A stretch of 64,000 nt of DNA, taken from NCBI GenBank assembly GCA_947444925.1, contig CANFBW010000010.1, forward strand, positions 3,915 to 67,914. The letters run 5' to 3'. The notes under the pieces are model-generated. The model made no database searches. It was given only the letters and a program-made list of their open reading frames with translations, and was not told the origin of the DNA. This DNA is from Flavobacteriales bacterium (GTDB lineage Bacteria > Bacteroidota > Bacteroidia > Flavobacteriales_C > GCA-002722245). Numbering within the stretch: position 1 is the stretch's first letter; each line of letters opens with the position of its first letter. The translations under genes and the position numbers were made by a program. This document shows, piece by piece, positions 18,781-27,226 of the stretch.

Positions 18781-21053
18781 AATTGTTCCTGTTTTTGATG
18801 CGCATCCACCACTGCGATGGTCGCCATATTCACTATTTCACGCACCGAAGCACCAAGCTGTAGAACGTGTACCGACTTTTTCATTCCCAACAAAATTGGA
18901 CCAATCGCCTCTGTTTCTCCCATTTCTTGAATCAACTTATAGGCAATATTGCCTGATGAAAGATTAGGGAAAATCAGAGTATTGGTTTGCTGATCACCCA
19001 ATTTAGTAAACGGAAACTTGCTGGTTCGCAAAGCAGAATTCACTGCAAAATTTCCTTGAATTTCGCCATCAACGCAGATGTGCGGATATTTTTCGTGCAG
19101 TATTTTCACCGCTTCATTCACCTTCACTGCCTCTGCACCCTTGGATGTGCCAAAGTTTGAGTAGGAGAGCATGGCAATGCGCGGCTCAACGTTGAAACGC
19201 TTTACAGCGTCGTACGTCAGCAAGGTGATTTTTACCAAATCTTCTGCTGTAGGCTCCAAATTCACGGTGGTATCGCTGAAAAAGAATGTTCCTTTTTTAG
19301 TGATGATCATGTACATTCCAGCTATAATCTGATGTTGCTTGTCCATACCAACCACCTGCAAAGGCGGACGAACACTGTCTTTATAATTTCTTGTTACGCC
19401 AGTAATCATAGCATCGGCATCACCCTGATCGACCATCATTGAACCGAAATGGTTGCGATTGCGCATGGCAATCTTTGCCTCGTGCAAAGTAAAACCTTTG
19501 CGCTTGCGCTTTTCAAAAAGTATTTGTGCGTAAGCCAATCGGGTCTCTTCTGCATCGGAACTGCGCGTATCAATAATGGGCACATCGGAAAGATCCAAGT
19601 TGTTTTCAGCAATGACTTGTTTGATTACCGCAGTGTTTCCAAGCAAAATTGGCTTCGCAATGCCTTCGTCTTTCACAACTTGCGCCGCTTTCAAAACACT
19701 GTAATTATCGGCTTCAACAAACACAACGCGCTTCGGATTTTTCTTGGCCTGTTGCGTAATTTGATTCATAATTTTTTTATCGAGTCCCATGCGCAAGCTC
19801 AGCTCTTGCTTGTATTTGTCCCAGTCGCTAATCGGACTGCGCGCAACACCTGAATCCACCGCTGCCTTTGCCACAGCAGGCGCCACAACAGTCAACAAAC
19901 GAGGATCAATGGGTTTTGGGATAATGTATTCTTTGCCAAAAACCAAGTTTTTTATGCTGTAAGCCTGATTCACTTCTTCGGGCACCGGTTCTTTCGCCAA
20001 AGCAGCGATGGCACGTACGGCAGCCAATTTCATTTCTTCATTAATTGTAGAGGCGTGCACATCTAAAGCACCGCGAAAAATGAAGGGAAATCCTAAAACA
20101 TTATTCACTTGGTTGGGATGATCTGAGCGCCCAGTGGCGACAATGACATCGGGACGAGAATCGATAGCTTCCTGATAAGGTATCTCTGGATCAGGGTTGG
20201 CACACGCAAAAACTATTGGATTTGCAGCCATTACCTGAATCATTGTTTTGTCAACAATGTTGCCGCGCGACAAACCCAAGAAAACATCCGCTTCATTCAT
20301 CGCCTCCTTGAGCTCGCAATGCGGTGCACTGCTCGCAAATTGTTGTTTGTGCACATCTAAATTTGTACGGTCCTTCGTGATCAATCCTTTCGAATCGAAC
20401 ATGTATATATTTTCCACCTTCGCGCCCAAAGCCAAATATAACTTGGCACAACTGATGGCTGATGGTCCGGCACCACTGACCACTACTTTAATTTTTTCAA
20501 TTTTTTTGCCTGTGATTTCCAAGGCGTTCAACAAGGCTGCGCCAGTAATAATTGCCGTGCCGTGTTGATCATCGTGCATCAATGGAATATTCAGTTCTTG
20601 TTTCAAACGCTGTTCTATTTCAAAACACTCAGGAGCCTTGATGTCCTCCAGATTGATACCGCCAAAAGTGGGGGCAATCGCTTTCACCGTTTGCACAAAA
20701 TGATCAACATCCGTAGCGTCAATCTCTATATCAAAAACATCAATATCAGCAAATATCTTAAACAATAGGCCCTTGCCTTCCATCACCGGCTTCGACGCCA
20801 ATGCACCAATATCGCCCAAACCCAGCACTGCTGTGCCGTTGGATATCACCGCGACTAAATTTCGCTTTGCAGTGTATTTGTACACATCGTCAGGATTCTC
20901 GGCTATCGCCAAACAAGGCTCAGCAACGCCAGGGGAGTATGCCAACGACAAATCTCGCTGCGTATGGTAGGGCTTTGAAGGCACCACTTCTATCTTCCCC
21001 GGTCGGCCTTGAGAATGGTAATCTAATGCTTCCTGTTTTCTAATTTTACTCAT
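18777..21053 (-). CDS. maeB: NADP-dependent malic enzyme (malic enzyme plus phosphotransacetylase-like domain)
   Basis: [20 protein letters not shown]...[10 protein letters not shown]...[15 protein letters not shown]. The 758-aa length includes the C-terminal PTA-like domain. Confidence 0.9.
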   Translation of the reverse strand: MSKIRKQEALDYHSQGRPGKIEVVPSKPYHTQRDLSLAYSPGVAEPCLAIAENPDDVYKYTAKRNLVAVISNGTAVLGLGDIGALASKPVMEGKGLLFKIFADIDVFDIEIDATDVDHFVQTVKAIAPTFGGINLEDIKAPECFEIEQRLKQELNIPLMHDDQHGTAIITGAALLNALEITGKKIEKIKVVVSGAGPSAISCAKLYLALGAKVENIYMFDSKGLITKDRTNLDVHKQQFASSAPHCELKEAMNEADVFLGLSRGNIVDKTMIQVMAANPIVFACANPDPEIPYQEAIDSRPDVIVATGRSDHPNQVNNVLGFPFIFRGALDVHASTINEEMKLAAVRAIAALAKEPVPEEVNQAYSIKNLVFGKEYIIPKPIDPRLLTVVAPAVAKAAVDSGVARSPISDWDKYKQELSLRMGLDKKIMNQITQQAKKNPKRVVFVEADNYSVLKAAQVVKDEGIAKPILLGNTAVIKQVIAENNLDLSDVPIIDTRSSDAEETRLAYAQILFEKRKRKGFTLHEAKIAMRNRNHFGSMMVDQGDADAMITGVTRNYKDSVRPPLQVVGMDKQHQIIAGMYMIITKKGTFFFSDTTVNLEPTAEDLVKITLLTYDAVKRFNVEPRIAMLSYSNFGTSKGAEAVKVNEAVKILHEKYPHICVDGEIQGNFAVNSALRTSKFPFTKLGDQQTNTLIFPNLSSGNIAYKLIQEMGETEAIGPILLGMKKSVHVLQLGASVREIVNMATIAVVDAHQKQEQL

Positions 21054-21127
21054 GGCTCAATAATTTCCCTATTTATTTAACGTGTAATAGTAGTAATTTT
21101 GACCCACTTAATAAAATTTTACGCAAA

Positions 21128-21817
21128 ATGAAAAAGGTCGTAGTTCTTAGCGGTGCAGGCATTAGCGCAGAAAGCGGATTGAAAACTTTTCGCGGCAGCG
21201 ACGGCTTGTGGGAAAACCACAATGTGTACGATGTAGCCACACCTGAAGCTTGGGCAAAAAATCCCGCTTTGGTTCAAAAATTTTACAACCAGCGTCGTCA
21301 GCAATGCCGAGCTGCACAACCAAATGCAGGACACTTCGCGTTGGTCGATCTTGAAAAAGATTTCGATGTACACATCATCACCCAGAACATCGATGATCTG
21401 CACGAAAGAGCCGGATCGACCAACATCCTGCACCTGCATGGTGAAATCACAAAAGCACGCAGTTCAACAAACGAAACACTGGTTTACGACCTGAAGGATG
21501 GCGACATTCAAATGGGCGACACCTGTGCCGAGGGCTCACAATTGCGCCCACACATTGTATGGTTTGGTGAACTAGTGCCCAACATCTCCATTGCGCAGAA
21601 AATCATTCGCAACGCCGACTTTCTCATCATTGTTGGAACTTCACTCAACGTATATCCCGCAGCAGGATTGGTCCACTTCGCTCCCAACTACTGCAACACT
21701 ATCTTAGTGGATCCCAACGACTGCCCCACTACAAATCTAAAACAACTGAGCATCATCAAAGAAATTGCTGGCACTGGACTTTCAAAAGCGGCAAAATTGA
21801 TACGCAGCATCGCGTAA
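21128..21817 (+). CDS. cobB: NAD-dependent protein deacylase, Sir2 family
   Basis: VVLSGAGISAESGLKTFRG..GLWE, ITQNIDDLHERAGS, and LHGE. Confidence 0.88.
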   Translation: MKKVVVLSGAGISAESGLKTFRGSDGLWENHNVYDVATPEAWAKNPALVQKFYNQRRQQCRAAQPNAGHFALVDLEKDFDVHIITQNIDDLHERAGSTNILHLHGEITKARSSTNETLVYDLKDGDIQMGDTCAEGSQLRPHIVWFGELVPNISIAQKIIRNADFLIIVGTSLNVYPAAGLVHFAPNYCNTILVDPNDCPTTNLKQLSIIKEIAGTGLSKAAKLIRSIA

Positions 21818-21883
21818 CAATATTTTTTGTACCTTTTCTCAAGCTTAGCATTGAAAGATCGACAGCACTAAAAAAAACACGGC

Positions 21884-22372
21884 ATGAAAAAGCACACGGC
21901 ATTGACTTTATTGGCATTATTCTCTGTTGCGACAATTTTCGCGCAAATTGAAAAAACAGTTCCATCATTGGACTTGCTGTCTATCGACGGAAAAAAAATA
22001 AACTTGAAAACAGCCTTGGCCGCAAACAAAATTTCCTTGGTGTCTTTCTACGCCATGTGGTGCAACAATTGCGTAACACAGTACAATTCATTTTCCACCA
22101 AAGTAAATGATCTCGGCATACCCGTTTTCGCGGTGTCCATCGACGCCAAAGAGCAAGAAGCAAAAGTGACTCCATTTTTAAAAGAAAAAAACTGGCACTT
22201 CTCCTACCTTCTGGATCCCGAAAAACAACTGTTCCGCGCCATGGGCGCTACCTTTCCGCCACATCTTTTCTTGGTTAACGCCGAAGGAAAGGTGCTTTGG
22301 GAACAGCGCGTATTCAATGAAAAAAGCGAAGCAGAGTTGCTTCAAAAAATTAAAGAATTCAGCGGAAAATAA
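21884..22372 (+). CDS. TlpA-like thioredoxin-fold thiol-disulfide oxidoreductase, secreted
   Basis: Signal peptide, then the redoxin fold with the WCNNC active-site motif (SFYAMWCNNCVTQ). Confidence 0.7.
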   Translation: MKKHTALTLLALFSVATIFAQIEKTVPSLDLLSIDGKKINLKTALAANKISLVSFYAMWCNNCVTQYNSFSTKVNDLGIPVFAVSIDAKEQEAKVTPFLKEKNWHFSYLLDPEKQLFRAMGATFPPHLFLVNAEGKVLWEQRVFNEKSEAELLQKIKEFSGK

Positions 22373-22440
22373 GTCTCTATTTTCGTCCCAAAATTATTTC
22401 GGATCGGCCGAAATGGCACTAATTCATTTAAGTTTAGGGC

Positions 22441-22760
22441 GATAGATCCTTCGGAGTACCTCAGAAAGACAAATGCGAACAAAGGTCCGTCATGGTTTTA
22501 CGATGTTCCATAATGGTTTAACCATGTTCCTTAAGGATTTTTTCAAATGCGAACAAAGGTCCGTCATGGTTTTACGATGTTGCATAATGGTTTAATCATG
22601 TTCCATAACGGCTTTTTCAAATGCGAACAAAGGTCCGTCATGGTTTTACGATGTTCCATAATGGTTTAACCATATTCCATAAAGGTTTTCGAGAATGGCT
22701 GTCTTCCTGAGAGTTGAGATTAAGAGGAGAAACGAAGTTTCGGTCTTTGAAGGATCTATC
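22441..22760. repeat. Structured repeat / candidate ncRNA, copy B, with its apical region expanded by a tandem insertion
   Basis: The closing stem is the same as in copies A and C: GATAGATCCTTC (22441-52) pairs with GAAGGATCTATC (22749-60). The motifs GGAGTACCTCAG and GAGATTAAGAGGAGAAACGAAGTTTCGGTC are also shared. The inner stem is AGAAAGACA / TGTCTTCCT. Confidence 0.7.
22471..22692. repeat. Tandem direct repeat of 3 x 74 bp, with two about-20-nt sub-repeats per unit
   Basis: Units start at 22471, 22545 and 22619, each beginning AAATGCGAACAAAGGTCCGTCATGGTTTTACGATGTT. The first 37 nt are identical in all three units. Within each unit ATGGTTTTACGATGTTCCAT and ATGGTTTAACCATGTTCCTT lie 21 nt apart. 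Confidence 0.9.
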
Positions 22761-22942
22761 ATCCTCTTCTGTAGCACTAATGATCTCATAGCAGACCAAC
22801 CAATCATTATTACAATTTTTGTTAATTGAAATCACTTGGGCAATATTGCGACCATGACAAAGTTTTGCAACAAGGAAAAGGCGTTGAAGCGTGGCACACT
22901 TTTTTTATACGACGTATGCCCGCCAAATAAAAAAACGGCAAA

Positions 22943-23146
22943 ATGTTTGAACTAAGCAAAGAAGTACTAGAAAAAGTAAGTTTCGACAGAGATTTATTTA
23001 AGAAAGAGTTGGAAAAGGCGATCAAATGGTTGCGTCAAAGCAACGAAGTGAAAAGCTTGCAAAAGTGGTGCTACGCCAAATTTGGACACCTCTATTATGA
23101 TGTTATTGTAAGTTCGTTCTCGAAAAATATCGATTTAAGCAGGTAG
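22943..23146 (+). CDS. Small conserved hypothetical protein
   Basis: 67 aa starting at an ATG, with helical composition (LEKVSFDRDLFKKELEKAIKWL...WCYAKFG). No function known. Confidence 0.45.
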   Translation: MFELSKEVLEKVSFDRDLFKKELEKAIKWLRQSNEVKSLQKWCYAKFGHLYYDVIVSSFSKNIDLSR

Positions 23147-23160
23147 CAAGCAGTGCGACC

Positions 23161-24099
23161 TTAAAATTGGCTTACCACAGCTTTTGATTTCAAAATACCA
23201 TTCACCTTTTCAAGCAAGGCAAAAGACGCTTCAACATCGTTTTTTCGAATGGCCACGCTTTCAATATTGAAGCCGTAAGGGATGTCGTTTAAAGCACAAT
23301 AATTGGCAAGAGTTTGTGCAACTTCAAAACAAATCTGCAATGACTCCTGTAAAATATCCTCGGCTGTTTGCATGCGCTGTTTATGCGCGTCGGCAATATG
23401 AATACCCAACCATTCCATGAACTCTACAGTCTTTAATGAACCACAAGTACTGAGCGTAAAAATGATCGTAGGCAATGCTTGTTGCGATCTTTGACAAGCC
23501 TCTTTAAGTGCTTCCAGCATTGCAATAGTGTATTCTTCATTAAAAACACATTGGGTGACAAAATAAGAAACACCACTTTTCACTTTGTCTAAAATGCGTT
23601 GGTCTTCGTCTTTCAAAACAACATGGCGCTCTGGTATGCAAATAGCGCCCATCACTGATTTTTCTTGGTAATCAGACCACAATTGATAGGCCTCTGGCAA
23701 GGAAATTTTAGGCACATAATCCGGAGAAGGAATGCCTACCAAAACAGGATGCAAATTGTTTTGATGCATATTTAAAAACCAATCCGCAATTTCCAACTGC
23801 GTATACTTTCCAGCGGGACGGTAAATGATTTTTGCCACATTCAAATCCGCCAAATAATTCACGGCATAGTGCATAGGATCCATTGCAGGCTGAAAGGGAA
23901 AAGGCCGCGCTTCCTTTGTACGGGTAGATTCATCTTGCACATCATACACAATCAACGCATCGAGATTTACAGTTTTAAGGCGTGCAATGCTGCGTTGCGC
24001 TGACTCCAATACTTTTTCTAAAGGTGTTTCCAGCTTCGGCGGTGTTACACCGTAGATCAATACAGCGGATGTTCGGTTCTTTATTTTTTGCAAAAACAT
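23161..24099 (-). CDS. Methylenetetrahydrofolate reductase-like (MTHFR superfamily) protein
   Basis: 312 aa. IYGVTPPK near the N-terminus, and SYFVTQCVFNEE plus LPTIIFTLSTCGS resemble the ITQ.FFD / PI.PGI.P blocks of MetF-like TIM barrels. This is recognition by eye only. Confidence 0.45.
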   Translation of the reverse strand: MFLQKIKNRTSAVLIYGVTPPKLETPLEKVLESAQRSIARLKTVNLDALIVYDVQDESTRTKEARPFPFQPAMDPMHYAVNYLADLNVAKIIYRPAGKYTQLEIADWFLNMHQNNLHPVLVGIPSPDYVPKISLPEAYQLWSDYQEKSVMGAICIPERHVVLKDEDQRILDKVKSGVSYFVTQCVFNEEYTIAMLEALKEACQRSQQALPTIIFTLSTCGSLKTVEFMEWLGIHIADAHKQRMQTAEDILQESLQICFEVAQTLANYCALNDIPYGFNIESVAIRKNDVEASFALLEKVNGILKSKAVVSQF

Positions 24100-24157
24100 T
24101 CTTAATTCAATTTCTAGTTAAAGGCAAATGCGGCACAACTCATTTTTTTCCGTCGGG

Positions 24158-24165
24158 CAAATATA
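24158..24165 (-). promoter_or_regulatory. Candidate -7 box (TATATTTG on the minus strand) for the MTHFR-like gene
   Basis: Exact TAnnTTTG match on the minus strand, 58 nt upstream of the ATG at 24099. Confidence 0.3.
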
Positions 24166-24210
24166 TAAAAATGAAGATAAGGCATTCACAAATGCAAGAA
24201 GGATAAGCAT

Positions 24211-25104
24211 TTAGTTTTTCAGAAATTTCTGATAAAATACAGCGTGCTCCGCTTGCACGCGCAGGAAGTAGAGTCCTGTCGCGAAATCTGAACAGTCGAT
24301 TTGACGCAGCGCTTCGCTATTGAAAATACTTTTCTCACAATTGATTTGCTGACCACTGGCATTGAAAATTTGCACTTCGCTGCTATTTCCAACAGCTACG
24401 GTCAATAGGTCGCTGACTGGATTTGGATAGAGTACAATTGACGACGACCGCAGCAATTCATGGCGCTGTGTCGCTGCAAAAGCAACACAGCCTGAAGTAT
24501 CTGAACAAGCATTTTTAGTGAGGACAACAGCATAATTTCCGTTTTGCGTGAGTACAAGTTTTTGAAGTGTATCATTGGGTAGCACAGAATTTGCATTGCC
24601 ACAGTCTATCCACTGGTATGCAGCACTCGCGTCTTGCGCAATCAATGTGTCATCATTTTTCACGACAGCAAGATCCAGAGAATCTATCACCAACTGCAAA
24701 CGCAAAACACTGTCGCAAGCCTTGGCACTCGGCAAAGTATCGAGATAAAAACCGGCTGTTTTCCTGTACGTAAAATTGAACATAACGCTGTCTCCCTTGC
24801 ACAAATTCAACACCAACGTACTGTCGTACCTGGGAATCAAACGCAGCGTAGACTCTTTTTGAATATTGTAATCAGCCAGAGTTCTACCGTCTTCGAGACA
24901 ATGGCCTGCAAAAACCAATCGCTGCTGGTCGGGCGGTATGCCTTCTTTGTCTTGAATCTTAGCTTTAATGGCATCAATGGTATCGGACGCTTCCACCTCA
25001 AGGGCAATTGTTTTGCCAGTCAATGTCTTGACGAAAACCTGCATCGCGAACAATGAAAAAACATGCAAAAACAGAAAGCAAAAGGCAAGTATCTTTTTAC
25101 GCAT
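24211..25104 (-). CDS. Secreted eukaryotic-type ubiquitin domain fused to Cys-containing modules and a T9SS C-terminal sorting domain
   Basis: The signal peptide [20 protein letters not shown] is followed directly by [72 protein letters not shown]. The last 75 aa or so ([12 protein letters not shown]...[21 protein letters not shown]) match the Por/T9SS sorting-domain pattern. I prefer the ATG at 25104 as the start; the ORF-track start is at 25158. Confidence 0.85.
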   Translation of the reverse strand: MRKKILAFCFLFLHVFSLFAMQVFVKTLTGKTIALEVEASDTIDAIKAKIQDKEGIPPDQQRLVFAGHCLEDGRTLADYNIQKESTLRLIPRYDSTLVLNLCKGDSVMFNFTYRKTAGFYLDTLPSAKACDSVLRLQLVIDSLDLAVVKNDDTLIAQDASAAYQWIDCGNANSVLPNDTLQKLVLTQNGNYAVVLTKNACSDTSGCVAFAATQRHELLRSSSIVLYPNPVSDLLTVAVGNSSEVQIFNASGQQINCEKSIFNSEALRQIDCSDFATGLYFLRVQAEHAVFYQKFLKN

Positions 25105-25167
25105 TGATATATTGTGAAAATGTGTGGCTAAGATAGGTTTTCGTTGTCGCAAAAACAAACCCGAAAG

Positions 25168-26097
25168 CTAATCTAAGAATTCAATATTTCGTTTTAGTCC
25201 GCTGTATTTAGTGCGTTTCACGGCCGAGTTTTTAAACAGCACATTGAAGGCTTCCTTGGAAATATTTTGCCATTGCAATTTGGTCATTTCGAGCAAATCA
25301 GCATGCGGTAAAAATGCACTTTCACTGTGCGGTTTTGAAAAACGGTTCCACGGACACACTTCTTGGCAAATGTCGCAACCAAACATACGGTTCTCGAATT
25401 GCCCTTTCATTTGCTGCGGAATCGCGTCTTTTAGCTCAATCGTAAAATACGAAATGCACTTGCTTCCATCCACCACCTGCGGTTGAATAATTGCGCCAGT
25501 TGGACAAGCATCGATACATCGCGTGCAAGTACCACAATAATCTTTTATTTCCGTATCATATTCTAATTCGACATCCATCAACAATTCACCAATGAAGAAA
25601 AAAGATCCGTTTTTATTGGAAATTAAATTGCTGTTTTTTCCTATCCAGCCTAAACCGGATTTTTTCGCCCACGCCTTGTCCATAACCGGTGCAGAATCCA
25701 CGAAAATTCTTCCGTTCACTTCACCTATTTCACTTTGAATGAACAACAACAATTCATTCAACTTTCGTTTAATTACAAAGTGATAATCTTCACCAAAGGC
25801 ATAAGTACTTACGATTGGCGCTTCAGGATCTTTTTGTTTTTCAGCGGGGAAATAATTGACAAGCAGTGAAACCACACTTTTACAACCCTCAAAAAGAATC
25901 CGCGGATCAAGGCGTTTGTCGAAGTGGTTTTCCATATACTTCATTTCACCATTTCTTTTTTCTTTCAACCATTTTTCGAGGCGGGGTGCTTCTTCCTCTA
26001 AAAATTCAGCTTTCGAAATACCACAAGACAAAAAGCCCAAGTCTTTGGCTTTGGCTTTTATAGATTCACTGTACTTATTTTTTAAAGAAGAATTCAA
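25168..26097 (-). CDS. queG: tRNA epoxyqueuosine(34) reductase QueG
   Basis: [12 protein letters not shown], and two 4Fe-4S motifs [16 protein letters not shown] and [13 protein letters not shown]. Confidence 0.9.
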   Translation of the reverse strand: MNSSLKNKYSESIKAKAKDLGFLSCGISKAEFLEEEAPRLEKWLKEKRNGEMKYMENHFDKRLDPRILFEGCKSVVSLLVNYFPAEKQKDPEAPIVSTYAFGEDYHFVIKRKLNELLLFIQSEIGEVNGRIFVDSAPVMDKAWAKKSGLGWIGKNSNLISNKNGSFFFIGELLMDVELEYDTEIKDYCGTCTRCIDACPTGAIIQPQVVDGSKCISYFTIELKDAIPQQMKGQFENRMFGCDICQEVCPWNRFSKPHSESAFLPHADLLEMTKLQWQNISKEAFNVLFKNSAVKRTKYSGLKRNIEFLD

Positions 26098-26108
26098 ATT
26101 GCTTTTAC

Positions 26109-27134
26109 TTAAAACAACTTGCCTTGATTGCCTCTATATTCTTTGCCCAAATGCTGGTAAGCCAAAGCGGTAACTTCACGACCACGGGGGGTGCGGTTCA
26201 AATAACCTTGCATAATCAAGAAAGGCTCGTACACTTCTTCAATGGTGCCAGCTTCTTCGCTCACAGCCATTGCCAAGGTGTTCAATCCTACAGGCCCACC
26301 CGAAAACTTATCAATAATGGTGGTGAGTATTTTATGGTCCATGTCATCGAGGCCAAACTGATCCACATTCAGCGCACTCAAAGCCATGTTTGAAATCGCC
26401 ATATTGATTTTACCATTGCCTTTTATTTGAGCAAAGTCGCGCACGCGGCGCAGCAGGGCATTCGCAATACGAGGTGTTCCTCGACTGCGGCGCGCGATTT
26501 CATAGGCAGCATCCGCTTCCACAGGAATGTTCAGTATCTCTGCTGAACGGTGCACAATGCCCGTAAGCACCTCTGCATCGTAATACTCTAAACGACAATT
26601 GATGCCAAATCGAGCTCTAAGCGGCGATGTAAGCGAGCCTGATCGGGTGGTTGCGCCCACTAGTGTAAATGGCTCTAAAGAGATTTGTACGGAACGCGCA
26701 TTGGGCCCTGAGTCAATCATGATGTCAATGGAATAATCTTCCATTGCAGAATACAAATATTCTTCCACAACGGGACTCAATCGATGGATCTCGTCAATGA
26801 ACAACACATCTCCCTTTCCCAAGTTCGTCAGTAAACCAGCCAAATCTCCGGGTTTATCGAGCATTGGACCTGAAGCAATTTTAATGTTCACGCCCAATTC
26901 CTGCGCTATGATGTTTGCTAAAGTTGTTTTTCCTAAGCCTGGAGGTCCGTGTAACAACACATGATCCAGGGCCTCGCCTCTTTGCATAGCCGCTTGCACA
27001 AAAACCTGCAGGTTTTCAAGTACTTTGCGCTGTCCGGCGAAATCATCAAATTCTTGCGGACGCAAAACTTTTTCAAATTCCTTTTCCGCAGAACTCAATC
27101 GCTCACCATCTGGATCTAATGCTTCGTTCTTCAT
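26109..27134 (-). CDS. ruvB: Holliday junction DNA helicase RuvB
   Basis: [12 protein letters not shown], Walker [12 protein letters not shown], Walker [10 protein letters not shown], and RTPRGR. I use the ATG at 27134 (341 aa). The ORF-track extension to 27203 runs into the terminator hairpin. Confidence 0.93.
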   Translation of the reverse strand: MKNEALDPDGERLSSAEKEFEKVLRPQEFDDFAGQRKVLENLQVFVQAAMQRGEALDHVLLHGPPGLGKTTLANIIAQELGVNIKIASGPMLDKPGDLAGLLTNLGKGDVLFIDEIHRLSPVVEEYLYSAMEDYSIDIMIDSGPNARSVQISLEPFTLVGATTRSGSLTSPLRARFGINCRLEYYDAEVLTGIVHRSAEILNIPVEADAAYEIARRSRGTPRIANALLRRVRDFAQIKGNGKINMAISNMALSALNVDQFGLDDMDHKILTTIIDKFSGGPVGLNTLAMAVSEEAGTIEEVYEPFLIMQGYLNRTPRGREVTALAYQHLGKEYRGNQGKLF

Positions 27135-27164
27135 TGCAATAAAGGTACAGTATAGAAATCGTTT

Positions 27165-27200
27165 GTAAAACAAAAGCCCTCTTGACTTATCAAGAGGGCT
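27165..27200 (-). terminator. Rho-independent terminator after the act-cta operon
   Basis: A perfect 11-bp stem AGCCCTCTTGA / TCAAGAGGGCT with a 4-nt loop, followed on the minus strand by TTTTGTTTT. It lies between the ctaD stop and the ruvB start. Confidence 0.8.
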
Positions 27201-27226
27201 CATTATTTTTTTGTATTTGCTTTTTT

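Noticed and set aside
22396-22414. Hairpin ATTTCGG-atcgg-CCGAAAT after the TlpA-like gene, as a possible terminator
   Set aside because: The stem is short and has no following T-run. It may contribute to termination together with the adjacent repeat copy B, but that cannot be supported on its own.
22471-22692. CRISPR array?
   Set aside because: The 74-bp units are contiguous direct repeats with no unique spacers between them. There are only 3 units, and no cas genes occur in the window.
24100-26100. A bacterial ubiquitin-like conjugation (Bil-type, E1/E2/JAB) operon around the ubiquitin-like gene
   Set aside because: The flanking genes are queG and an MTHFR-like gene, with no E1, E2 or JAB domains. 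The protein has a signal peptide and no Gly-Gly end, so a cytoplasmic conjugation system is not supported.
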